Assembly (NCBI GenBank): GCA_964618635.1
Contig: CAZUDM010000003.1
Coordinates: forward strand, 2,673 to 66,672
DNA: 64,000 bases
Direction: 5' to 3'
DNA from: an uncultured Spirochaetia bacterium
Lineage (GTDB): Bacteria > Desulfobacterota_D > UBA1144 > Nemesobacterales > UBA2774
The notes under the pieces are model-generated. The model was not told the DNA's origin, searched no databases, and was given only the letters and a program-made list of their open reading frames with translations. Positions 9,164 to 18,243 of the stretch are shown one piece after another. The translations under genes were made by a program, and so were the position numbers. Within the stretch, counting starts at the first letter, position 1; each line of letters begins with the position of its first letter.

Positions 9164-9872
9164 CGCCATGATAAGGCTTTCAGACGTGTGGAAAAAATAC
9201 TCGACGAAGGACATCTTCCACAAATCGCTCCGCGAAGAGCTCTCCCAGACCTTCAGGAAAAAAGACGCCGGAGGGCTCGGCGAGAGCGAGTTCTGGGCGC
9301 TTAAGGGTATTGACATCGAGATCGCAAAGGGGGAATGCGTCGGGCTTTTCGGGCACAACGGAGCGGGGAAAACGACAATACTCAAGCTCATCGCGTCCGT
9401 GACGTACCCCAACCTCGGCACAGTGGAAGTGAACGGAAGGGTCGCACCTCTCATCTCCGTCGGGGCCGGATTTCATCCCGACCTCACTGGCAGGGAGAAC
9501 ATATACACGAACGGCACGATAATCGGCATGACTATAAAAGAGGTGAGGGAGAATATAGAAAAAATAATCGAGTTCTCCGACATCGAGAGAAAATTCCTCG
9601 ATATGCCGGTCAAGAAATATTCCGACGGTATGAGCGCCCGGCTCGGATTCTCGATCGCGGTTCACAGCAGCGCCGACATCATACTCATAGACGAAATACT
9701 GGCGGTCGGCGACGAGGCCTTTCAGGAAAAGTGCCTCTCGAAAATAAAGGAGCTCTCCTCCCACGGCAAGACCGTGCTCATAGTCTCCCACAACCGCACC
9801 CGAATGGAGGAGCTTACGGACAGGATAATATTCATAAGAAGCGGGGAGGTACTCGAATCTGACACTCCCTAA
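9153..9872 (+). CDS. wzt: polysaccharide ABC transporter ATP-binding protein (Wzt/KpsT/TagH family), short form without a C-terminal carbohydrate-binding domain
   Basis: Walker A GHNGAGKTT, signature YSDGMSARL, Walker B ILIDEILAVGDE. It overlaps the wzm stop. I chose the ATG at 9153, which is preceded by GAGAGGGA. Confidence 0.85.
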   Translation: MSSDAMIRLSDVWKKYSTKDIFHKSLREELSQTFRKKDAGGLGESEFWALKGIDIEIAKGECVGLFGHNGAGKTTILKLIASVTYPNLGTVEVNGRVAPLISVGAGFHPDLTGRENIYTNGTIIGMTIKEVRENIEKIIEFSDIERKFLDMPVKKYSDGMSARLGFSIAVHSSADIILIDEILAVGDEAFQEKCLSKIKELSSHGKTVLIVSHNRTRMEELTDRIIFIRSGEVLESDTP

Positions 9873-10767
9873 CTTTTTCATAGTAGGTGCGGCAAAGGCC
9901 GGCACGACGTCCCTTCACGACTACCTGAGCCGGCACCCGGATATATACCTGTCGAATCCAAAGGAACCCAAGTACCTGTCACTTACCGCCAACAAATTCC
10001 CTCACACCGGCCCGCGCGACAACGAAGTTGACGATGCAGTCATCAAAACATGGGAAGACTACACAGCCCTCTTTCGGGACGCGAAGAATGAAAAAATCGT
10101 AGGCGAGGCCTCGGCGGACTATCTTTATTTCCACGAGACGGTGATTCCGCTGATAAAGGAGATAAGCCCCGAGGCGAAAATATTAATCCTCCTCAGAAAC
10201 CCCGTGTACAGGGCCTTCTCGGCATACAGGCACATGCTGAGGGACGGGCGTGAAACCCTCTCTTTCGAAGAGGCCCTCAAAAGAGAACCCGAGAGAATGA
10301 ATGCGAACTATGAATTCATCTGGTACTACAAAGACGTCGGGTTTTACGAGCGCCAGGTTAGGGCTTACCTCTCCGCATTCGGAGAGGCTGGCGTTAAAGT
10401 GTGCCTTCAGGACGACCTCGACGAGAACCCCGCAGAAGTCGTGCGCGACGTCTTCGGATTCCTCGGCGTAGACGAGAACTTCACCCCCGATTTCAGCCGC
10501 AGGCTCAACCTCTCGTCCATACCCAAAAGCGAATCCCTCGAGTCCTTCCTGACGGATTACGAGCACCCGGTCAAAAGAATTCTCCGGCCGGTGCTCCTAT
10601 CCACAATAGGCAAAGAGAACACAGAGAGACTCGTAAATTATTTCAAGAAGAGAAACCGGCTCCGGATGAAATCTAAAACTCGAAAGTACCTCACCGAAAC
10701 CTACAGGGAAGACATCCTAAAGCTTGAGAAACTCATAAAACGCGACCTCTCGACGTGGCTGAAATAA
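9859..10767 (+). CDS. PAPS-dependent sulfotransferase. The start codon is uncertain because there is no in-frame ATG, GTG or TTG upstream of the conserved N-terminal motif
   Basis: The 5'-PSB motif FFIVGAAKAGTTSL, the KEPKYL motif and the 3'-PB motif LLRNPVYRAFSAYRH are all in one frame from 9874 onward. The frame is open from 9838 and the first canonical start is the GTG at 10141. A CTG at 9859 lies 9 nt after GGGGAGGT. See the finding on this junction. Confidence 0.7.
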   Translation: MTLPNFFIVGAAKAGTTSLHDYLSRHPDIYLSNPKEPKYLSLTANKFPHTGPRDNEVDDAVIKTWEDYTALFRDAKNEKIVGEASADYLYFHETVIPLIKEISPEAKILILLRNPVYRAFSAYRHMLRDGRETLSFEEALKREPERMNANYEFIWYYKDVGFYERQVRAYLSAFGEAGVKVCLQDDLDENPAEVVRDVFGFLGVDENFTPDFSRRLNLSSIPKSESLESFLTDYEHPVKRILRPVLLSTIGKENTERLVNYFKKRNRLRMKSKTRKYLTETYREDILKLEKLIKRDLSTWLK

Positions 10768-10783
10768 ATCGCGGCCCGTGAGT

Positions 10784-12211
10784 TTAGTCTTTAGCCCTGT
10801 ACCTGAAGGAAGCGATATAAAGAAAAGGACACGCCGCAAGCGCAAGAACCTCCCCGACAATCACCGAGACCGGTATCTTCCAGATCGAATACAGATTCTC
10901 CCGGCTTTCGTAGAGCGATTCCCTGCCGCGGTCCCAGTCCAGCACCCTTCGGCCCGCGTACGTAAACGGTGACCCCCGCTCGGGATCGGTGTTTATCACG
11001 ACGTCCGGTTGCTTCGCCATCAGGTTCAGGAAGACACGCGCGTGCTCGATCAAGATGCCCTTCCCCTTGTCGTCGTATCCGAGGACTTCGTCGGCGTCCA
11101 TCCACTCGAATAAATGCCGCCTGTAGTCCTGCATGATGAGGACGATCTTCGCCCCGGGCGCAGCGGCTCTCACGATCTTCAGAACATTCACGACGTCTTT
11201 ATCCGTTCCTGACGGCAGTATGGCGACAGTCTGCGCGGAAAGGCTCGTGACCGGCTTTCCCGTCGGTCTGTACGCAGTATCGCTCGCCGCCTCCCTGACC
11301 TCCCTCCTCTCTCCCCACCTCCCGGTCGCGAAGTCCCAAAGCGCCTGCATGCTCAGCTTTGCGAGCTTCCCGTACCCACTCAGGAACCTGTAGAGAGCAC
11401 CCTTCAACACCATGCGCAGCGTTCCGTATATGCACCTGAGTCTCGACAAAGGATCCCCGTATTTGCTCGCGGTGAGGAGCGGCCCCTTTATACCGTAATA
11501 CGCGTTTATCGCGGCGCTTCTCTTCTCCGTAAAGGCCGGATGACAGACGACAGCCCTCGGCACGGCGACGACCCTGTATCCCTTCCTTTTTATCAGAAGC
11601 CCATAGTCCATATCGTCCCAGAGGAAATAATATCTCTCGTCCATTCCGCCCGTCTTCCTGAACGCCTCAGCCCTCACGAGCGAAACTCCGGAGCCGTGAT
11701 AATCGACATCGATCACGTCGTCCCTTTCGAAATCGGGCTCGTTGCAGAAGAGCGGGAAGACCTTTCCCGCCGCGAGGTCTATCCGGGCTCCGGCCTCGAC
11801 TATGAGGCCCCTGTCAGCGCTGTTTAAAATCTTGGGGCCGGCTAGCCCTATCTTTTTGTCCAACTCCATAACGTCTACGAGACGAGACAAACTTTTGCTG
11901 TCCACTGTCAAATCGGAATCCAGCATCCAGACGTAATCGTATTCCCCCGAGGAGCCCGCGTATTCGAGCCCTGTGTTGAACCCGACAGTCGCCCCATAAT
12001 TTTTATCCTTTTTCAGAACCCGAACCTCGGGATACATTTCCGGAAGCCATCCGAGCCCGTCCGTCGAGCCGTTATCGACAACTATTACGTCGAAGCTCTT
12101 ATAGTCGAGCGCGTAGACTGAGCCGAGTAGCACCTTCAGATCGGCGCTCCGGTTATAGACCGGTATCACTATCGCCACCCTTGGCATGCTAACGTGGGAT
12201 TCTTTGCTCAT
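10784..12211 (-). CDS. glycosyltransferase family 2 with a long C-terminal extension and a terminal TM anchor (paralog B)
   Basis: 475 aa. The N-terminal GT-A domain has VAIVIPVYNR ... VIVVDNGSTD ... MLDSD. It is a paralog of the adjacent gene and has the same architecture. Confidence 0.75.
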   Translation of the reverse strand: MSKESHVSMPRVAIVIPVYNRSADLKVLLGSVYALDYKSFDVIVVDNGSTDGLGWLPEMYPEVRVLKKDKNYGATVGFNTGLEYAGSSGEYDYVWMLDSDLTVDSKSLSRLVDVMELDKKIGLAGPKILNSADRGLIVEAGARIDLAAGKVFPLFCNEPDFERDDVIDVDYHGSGVSLVRAEAFRKTGGMDERYYFLWDDMDYGLLIKRKGYRVVAVPRAVVCHPAFTEKRSAAINAYYGIKGPLLTASKYGDPLSRLRCIYGTLRMVLKGALYRFLSGYGKLAKLSMQALWDFATGRWGERREVREAASDTAYRPTGKPVTSLSAQTVAILPSGTDKDVVNVLKIVRAAAPGAKIVLIMQDYRRHLFEWMDADEVLGYDDKGKGILIEHARVFLNLMAKQPDVVINTDPERGSPFTYAGRRVLDWDRGRESLYESRENLYSIWKIPVSVIVGEVLALAACPFLYIASFRYRAKD

Positions 12212-13604
12212 CGCGATATCCGCGGGATTTCAGGAGAAGTAAAAGGGTCAGCGGAATTGCGGCCAGCTCCCCGGCGAAGGAGGCGAAAAAGACCTTCCAC
12301 AAATCGCGCCGCTTCCCCTTAAAGCGTATGGCTCCCCTTTCCTCGTCGTAGACGTAGTATTTTTTCGCGGCATAGCCGAAGGGCGAGTCCGCGTTCTTGC
12401 TGGGCATCACTGCCGCATCGAAATTCCCCGACAATATTCTGACGAAAGTTCCCGCATGCTCCAGCAGTATGTTCCTCTTCTTGTCATCATATATAATGAA
12501 ATCGTCTATCGGAAGGGCCTCGAAGAGGTTCTTCCTGTATTCCTGAATCAGAAGCGTCACAGAGCAGTCTCCAATTGTACGTCTCACCCCATCTACGCAG
12601 TCCTTTATCGCGGTCAGATTCCCGGTCGGGAGTATGACAACCCGTGCTTTCTCATCCAGCGGCGCGTCTTCACCGCCTCCGGCCGTGTTCTCCGCGGGGG
12701 GAGAATCAGCGTGCGCGTACTTCTTCCACCTGCTCCGAAAAAAATCCTCGAGCGAGCGATAAAGAAGACCGCCGAGATACTTATTCCCGGTGAGGTTGTG
12801 AAACAGTATCCCCTTGCACGAATAAGAGGCTATCCTGTGGAATATTTTTATCCTCTGCTTCAGGTCGGCGAATTTAGAGAAAGCCAGAAGCGCGTTCCGG
12901 TTGTTGTAATAATTGACTAGTATCCAATCCTTCTCGGTCGGGTGATACACGAGAGACCTCGTCACGCCGACAACCCTATATCCAGCCCTGTTAACACTCA
13001 GACTCAGATCAGTGTCGTCCCACCAGATGAAATACCTCTCGTCCATGAGACGGGTTTTCCGGAGGGCGTCCGTCCTCACCATCGCGGAGCACGCGGGGAC
13101 GCAGTCGACCTCGTACACCCCCTCTTTCACGTCCGCAAGCTCGTAATTCTCCATGAACGGCTTCACAATCCCCGTATTCCAGTCGATGTTGAGCCCGACC
13201 TCGACTATATGATCCCTGTCGTCGGGGTTGGCTATCATCGACCCCGCTATGCCGACGCCTGCATCCTTCTCCATCACGTTCACGAGCTCGATGAGCGTCG
13301 TGCCCGTAACCTCTGCGTCATTGTCGAGGAGCCAGATGTATTTGTAGATACCCTTCCCAAGTGCGCACCTCATTCCGGTATTGAATCCACCGGCGCCGCC
13401 AATATTGGCTTCATTGGCTATGAGATGGACGTCAGGGAACGAGCTCTTCAAAAGCTCGCGCGAGCCGTCCGTCGATGCGTTGTCCACCACTATGATATCG
13501 TGATTTTTGTACTCAATATCGCTTAAAGACCGGAGCAGCCTGGACAGGTATTCCTTCTTGTTCCAGTTGACTATGACGATTGCTACAAGCGGGAGGTCTT
13601 CCAT
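12189..13604 (-). CDS. glycosyltransferase family 2 with a long C-terminal extension and a terminal TM anchor (paralog A)
   Basis: 471 aa with VAIVIVNWN ... IIVVDNASTDGS ... LLDNDA. It is colinear with the downstream paralog. Confidence 0.75.
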   Translation of the reverse strand: MEDLPLVAIVIVNWNKKEYLSRLLRSLSDIEYKNHDIIVVDNASTDGSRELLKSSFPDVHLIANEANIGGAGGFNTGMRCALGKGIYKYIWLLDNDAEVTGTTLIELVNVMEKDAGVGIAGSMIANPDDRDHIVEVGLNIDWNTGIVKPFMENYELADVKEGVYEVDCVPACSAMVRTDALRKTRLMDERYFIWWDDTDLSLSVNRAGYRVVGVTRSLVYHPTEKDWILVNYYNNRNALLAFSKFADLKQRIKIFHRIASYSCKGILFHNLTGNKYLGGLLYRSLEDFFRSRWKKYAHADSPPAENTAGGGEDAPLDEKARVVILPTGNLTAIKDCVDGVRRTIGDCSVTLLIQEYRKNLFEALPIDDFIIYDDKKRNILLEHAGTFVRILSGNFDAAVMPSKNADSPFGYAAKKYYVYDEERGAIRFKGKRRDLWKVFFASFAGELAAIPLTLLLLLKSRGYRDEQRIPR

Positions 13605-13671
13605 GTTTATATTAAGAAACTGCCTGACAAGAGAATAAAGGAAAATTCCTTGGGCACGAAATACCGCCGGC

Positions 13672-14979
13672 TCACTTAAACGCCCCGCCGGCGAAGAAGC
13701 CGTCTTTTATGGACTCCGCTATCCCCTGGAACGTCCACCTGCCGTAGCGGCCGATCTGGTAGATGCCCCGCTTTTCGAGCTCCTTCATCGCCGTCTCCTT
13801 CCACCCGGACCCCGGCGCCGACCACGTATACGCGACGTCTATCCACGTCGGGTCCACCGTTTCGGCCCTGCCTATGAACCCCCACGACCTAAGCTCCTTC
13901 ACGACTGAATCGGCATACGCTGCTATCTCCTTGTCTCCCGGCTTTTTGCCGTTGGCGTACGCCTTCTCGACGTATATGCTGACGCGCTCCCTTTCTTTCC
14001 GGGATGATTTCGGCATGAACGAGGCGTCGACGTTGCTGTAAAACCCGACCCTGTGAAAACGCGACTCGCTGTCGGGAATATAGAGCCAGTGGTCGTCCGG
14101 GCACTTTTTCCCGCGCGTTGCCCCTATATTGAGAACGAGGACGGACGTATAGTCCGCCGGCTTCTCATCGAGGCGTACGCCCGCTATCTCTGTGGCCTTG
14201 TTTAACGGTAGCGTGGAGACCAGGTTCTCGTATTTAGCCCCGGAGCCGTCGGAGAACAGGACCTCTTTTTTGTCGGCCTTTATCCTCGCGACGCGCTTCC
14301 CGTAATTCACGTCGCACCTTTCGGCCATCTTCCGCGAAAGCGAGTTGAGCCCGTTCTTTGGGTAGATATATGTCACGTTGTATCCGACGGCGGGCGGCGA
14401 CTTGTCTATCGCACCCTTTACTGCGATAGAGAGATTCACGGGCGATTTATAGGAATCCTGGGGCGCTATCTTCGTCCAGAGCCCTGCCGTGTAAAGGTCG
14501 TGGAAAGGTGCGAAGAACATCTCCGTCAAAGTCCTTCCGAAGCTCGTTTCGAGCCAGTCGGCCATCGTCCGCGGCGTGCCCGAAGGGGCGTTTATTATCT
14601 CGCTTATCGCCTTCGCGGCTATGTCCTTCCCGAGATAGCCGAGGTTATTCTGAATTGGATACGGGACGTATAGCCCAATCTTGCTGAAAAATACCGAGGA
14701 TTTTCTCTTGTAGGATTTCACGGGGCCGAGGGATTCGATAAACCTCAGCACGACTGAATCGCCGCCGAATATCCAGTGCCCGCCGCCTATCTCGAACCTG
14801 TACGCCTCGCCATCCTCCGGCGCTTCGAATAGACGCCTGCCGCTCCCCGGCGCGAGGTAATACGACGAGCATATGCCCCCCGGCACGCTCTCGGCCTCGT
14901 ACACCGGAAGGCCCGAAGCGATCCCCGCGGCAAGCCCGGTAACGCCCCCACCTATGATGAGATTTCCTGACTTTCCCAT
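13672..14979 (-). CDS. FAD-dependent oxidoreductase, UDP-galactopyranose-mutase-like (long eukaryotic-type GLF family)
   Basis: N-terminal GGGVTGLAAG, a Rossmann FAD motif. Blocks resemble long-form UGMs: YPIQNNLGYL, RFHRVGFYSNVD, GRYGRWTFQGIAESI. Confidence 0.6.
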   Translation of the reverse strand: MGKSGNLIIGGGVTGLAAGIASGLPVYEAESVPGGICSSYYLAPGSGRRLFEAPEDGEAYRFEIGGGHWIFGGDSVVLRFIESLGPVKSYKRKSSVFFSKIGLYVPYPIQNNLGYLGKDIAAKAISEIINAPSGTPRTMADWLETSFGRTLTEMFFAPFHDLYTAGLWTKIAPQDSYKSPVNLSIAVKGAIDKSPPAVGYNVTYIYPKNGLNSLSRKMAERCDVNYGKRVARIKADKKEVLFSDGSGAKYENLVSTLPLNKATEIAGVRLDEKPADYTSVLVLNIGATRGKKCPDDHWLYIPDSESRFHRVGFYSNVDASFMPKSSRKERERVSIYVEKAYANGKKPGDKEIAAYADSVVKELRSWGFIGRAETVDPTWIDVAYTWSAPGSGWKETAMKELEKRGIYQIGRYGRWTFQGIAESIKDGFFAGGAFK

Positions 14980-15056
14980 TTCAGCACCGCTCCAACGACA
15001 TGATGCAACTATGTTTACTTCCTTTAGAGCGCCGCGTCAACAAACACTCCGTGCCG

Positions 15057-17027
15057 TCAAATTGTCGCAAGTATGTTTCCCCACTTATCGACTTCGCACC
15101 TGAATCCCGGCGCGACATACAGCGTGGACGTATCCTCGAAGACTATCGCCGGGCCCCGGAACCTGAACCCGGGATAAAAATCCTCCCTCACGTAAGCCAT
15201 TGCCTTCGTCTCCCGTCCGTCGATTATCACGCTTTCTCTCGAAGCCCGGACGGTCTTTTTACCGGCATCGAGCAGAGGGAGCGCAAGCTTTTTCTTCCTC
15301 CGTATCGCTCTTAATCTGAGCGTTACGACCTCCACCTCGTCCCCCGGCATCGAGTATCCGTAGAGCTGCTTATGGGTCTCGTTGAAGCGCCTTACGAAAT
15401 TCTTTCCGTAAGGAATCGTGATTTCGTGGGCCTGCCTCTTGTAGCGCGCATCCACGTATCTTTCGTATCTCACACCGTCTTTCCCGAAATCGGCGCTCGA
15501 TTTTTTTACGAGCGCTTCGAATCCACGCTCTATCTCGCCTGCTGCCGTCTTGCCAGCCGACGCGAACACTGTAGCGCTATAGTCCTTGAACGTATCCGCC
15601 ATCAGCATCCCGAGTGCCGACAGCACGCCCGGCTCCCTCGGGAATATGACTGTCTTTATCTCCATCCCCCGCGCGAGCTCGCAGGCGTGAAGGCCGCCTG
15701 CCCCGCCGAAAGAGAGGAGAGCGAATTCGCGAGGATCGTATCCCTTGCCTATGGATATCACCCTGAGAGCCCTCTCCATGTTCGAATTGGCGACCCTGAT
15801 TATTCCCTCGGCGAGCTCCTCGACGGTGACGCCGAGCTTTCGGGAGAGCTTCCCGAGAGCCGAGACCGACTTCTCCGGGTATATCTTCATCCGTCCCCCG
15901 AGGAACCTTTCCGGGTCGATTCTCCTGAGGGTGACGTTCGCGTCCGTAACCGTCGGCACGGTTCCCCTTCCGTAACACGCAGGCCCCGGATCGGCCCCTG
16001 CGCTCTCGGGGCCGACTTTGAGCGCTCCGCCCGTGTCTATATATGCTATGGAACCGCCGCCCGCTCCTATGGTCGTCACGTCTATCATCGGCACCTTGAG
16101 CGGTATGCCGTCTATATTCGTCTCCGTCGTGAATTTCGGCCCGCCGTCGCAGAGGGCGACGTCCGTCGACGTGCCGCCCATGTCGTATGTGAGCACCTTC
16201 TCGTAACCGGCCGCGCTCGCTACGGCGTACGCACCGACGACACCGCCGGCAGGCCCCGAGAGGACTATGCGCACAGGTTCGCTCCCTGCTTCATCAGGAG
16301 ATATGACGCCCCCGCTCGACTGCATTATCGCTATCCGGTCGCCTCCTCCGTTCCGGGACGAAATATTCTCCGAAAGCGATCTCATGTACGAGCATACCTT
16401 CGGGACGAGATAGGAATTCGCTACGACGGTGGAAGTCCTCTCGTACTCCCTGAACTCGGGAAGAATTCTGGATGAGACCGATACGGGCACGCCGAGCGGT
16501 TCGAGAAAAGCAGCGACCTTCTCTTCGTTTACAGGATTTTTGTAGGAATGTAAAAAGGAAATCGCGACGCCCTCGGGCTTCAGTTTTTTGAGCCGCCCGA
16601 GGACTCTTTTCAAATCGGCGGCGGCTACCTTCCTGAGCACATTCCCTTCGAACGACACCCTCTCCGGGACCCCGAGCCGCATGTCCCTTGCGACCAGAGG
16701 ACGCGGTGCCTCCCAGAAGATATCGTAGAGGCTCCCCCTGTTCTGTCTCCCTATTTCTATCACATCCTCGAAGCCCTCGGTCGTAACGAGCGCGACCCTG
16801 GCCCCTTTCCTTTCGAGAAGGGCGTTCGTGGCGACTGTCGTGCCGTGGACGATTTCGACGTCACGGAATTTGTCCCCGAGAACGTGCGCCAGTCCCGATA
16901 TTATCGATCTCGAAGGGTCGTTCGGGGTCGAGGGGATTTTATAGGAGTAAAGCCTCTTGCCGTCGTAGAAAACGAAGTCGGTGAACGTGCCCCCGGTGTC
17001 TATACCGGCCCGAATCATTCTCCGCAC
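15057..17027 (-). CDS. hydantoinase/oxoprolinase A-family ATPase (HyuA-like, ASKHA fold), orphan with no B subunit in the window
   Basis: 656 aa starting GIDTGGTFTDFV. The domain order is Hydant_A_N followed by Hydantoinase_A. Confidence 0.8.
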   Translation of the reverse strand: MRRMIRAGIDTGGTFTDFVFYDGKRLYSYKIPSTPNDPSRSIISGLAHVLGDKFRDVEIVHGTTVATNALLERKGARVALVTTEGFEDVIEIGRQNRGSLYDIFWEAPRPLVARDMRLGVPERVSFEGNVLRKVAAADLKRVLGRLKKLKPEGVAISFLHSYKNPVNEEKVAAFLEPLGVPVSVSSRILPEFREYERTSTVVANSYLVPKVCSYMRSLSENISSRNGGGDRIAIMQSSGGVISPDEAGSEPVRIVLSGPAGGVVGAYAVASAAGYEKVLTYDMGGTSTDVALCDGGPKFTTETNIDGIPLKVPMIDVTTIGAGGGSIAYIDTGGALKVGPESAGADPGPACYGRGTVPTVTDANVTLRRIDPERFLGGRMKIYPEKSVSALGKLSRKLGVTVEELAEGIIRVANSNMERALRVISIGKGYDPREFALLSFGGAGGLHACELARGMEIKTVIFPREPGVLSALGMLMADTFKDYSATVFASAGKTAAGEIERGFEALVKKSSADFGKDGVRYERYVDARYKRQAHEITIPYGKNFVRRFNETHKQLYGYSMPGDEVEVVTLRLRAIRRKKKLALPLLDAGKKTVRASRESVIIDGRETKAMAYVREDFYPGFRFRGPAIVFEDTSTLYVAPGFRCEVDKWGNILATI

Positions 17028-17143
17028 ACCCTTTCCGAGAATATATCCGGCTGCATGGCACGTAAATCCGCTTTAAAGCCACCCGGAGCGCGCTACATAG
17101 CAGCCGCCCGGCGGCCCGGAATAAATAATGGATGGAATTAAGT

Positions 17144-17353
17144 CTAGTACTCGTCCTGACCTACGGGATAAACGACCTTGACCTTATCTTCGGCTATTTC
17201 CCTTAAAGCGGTCACGACGTCCTTGTTGTCGGTCTCTTCCGAAAGCGGGGCGGCTCCCTTGACGAGCAGCCTGGCCCTCTTCATCGCGGCGACCGAGAGC
17301 GCAAACCTGTTTACCACTTTTTCAAGGCAATCTTCTATAGTTACCCTTGCCAT
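17144..17353 (-). CDS. rpoZ: DNA-directed RNA polymerase subunit omega
   Basis: 69 aa starting [30 protein letters not shown], the conserved RpoZ N-terminus. Confidence 0.8.
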   Translation of the reverse strand: MARVTIEDCLEKVVNRFALSVAAMKRARLLVKGAAPLSEETDNKDVVTALREIAEDKVKVVYPVGQDEY

Positions 17354-17490
17354 ATATTCGCCCCCTTGTTATAAAAACCGGTTCAGGCTTATAAATATAA
17401 GGGATGAAGACGCTTATGTAAAGCCGAGCGCCCCGGCACTCGGAAAGTGACTCCCGTTTGGTTAATATTATGGTTTCCGGAGGAAACGAC

Positions 17491-18165
17491 ATGGACCTGG
17501 ATCAGGTTAAGTACGACGAAAAGGGACTGGCTGCGGTTATAGTGCAGGACTTTCAGAACGGGCAGGTGCTGATGTTCGCATACGCCAACAGGGAGGCTCT
17601 CGAAAAGACGATCGAAACCGGGAAAGCGCATTTCTGGAGCAGGTCCCGGGGGCGGCTCTGGATGAAGGGTGAGGAATCCGGGAACGTTCAGGATGTTAAG
17701 GAAATCTATTTCGACTGCGACAGGGACGCCGTGCTCTTGCTCGTGGACCAGAAAGGAGTCGCCTGCCACACAGGGCAGAGGACATGCTTTTTCACGCCTT
17801 ATGGCGGCGCCGAGCGCACGTCCCCGGCCTTCGGCTCAGGCACAGGCGCGGAAGGTAAAACCCTCCGCGACGTATGGAACGTCGTCGACGACAGGAGGCG
17901 AAACCCGCGCGAGGGTTCTTACGTGAGCGGGCTCTTCGAAAAGGGACTCGACAAAATACTGAAGAAGATCACCGAGGAGGCCGGCGAAGTAGTAATAGCA
18001 GCCAAGAACGAAAGCCGGAAAGAGGTCGTATACGAAACGGCAGACCTCTGGTTCCATTCCCTCATCGCGCTTTCATATTTCGGCATAACGCCGGAGGATA
18101 TATTCGAGGAGCTCGGGAGGCGGTTCGGCAAGCCGAGCGAGGCGTACAGGAACCAGGGCGGGTGA
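17491..18165 (+). CDS. hisI: bifunctional phosphoribosyl-AMP cyclohydrolase / phosphoribosyl-ATP pyrophosphatase
   Basis: The HisI part has GLAAVIVQD ... [19 protein letters not shown] ... DCDRD. The HisE part has [13 protein letters not shown] ... ETADLWFH. I chose the ATG at 17491 because of the GGAGG 8 nt upstream. The track ORF starts at 17458. Confidence 0.85.
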   Translation: MDLDQVKYDEKGLAAVIVQDFQNGQVLMFAYANREALEKTIETGKAHFWSRSRGRLWMKGEESGNVQDVKEIYFDCDRDAVLLLVDQKGVACHTGQRTCFFTPYGGAERTSPAFGSGTGAEGKTLRDVWNVVDDRRRNPREGSYVSGLFEKGLDKILKKITEEAGEVVIAAKNESRKEVVYETADLWFHSLIALSYFGITPEDIFEELGRRFGKPSEAYRNQGG

Positions 18166-18243
18166 TCGCGCTGCTTTAACGAGCAGTGCTGAATCGGCGG
18201 ACTCCCGCTCAGGTGCGGGAGCCCCCGAGGATTTGCAGTTTAA

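Noticed and set aside
9838-9872. A prfB-style programmed +1 frameshift stimulated by the GGGGAGG SD-like element
   Set aside because: The SD-like element ends 17 nt before the CCC-UAA slip site. Known SD-stimulated +1 shifts need about 3 nt. I kept the unusual start itself as a finding, but the specific prfB-like mechanism is unlikely. CTG initiation 9 nt after the SD fits better.
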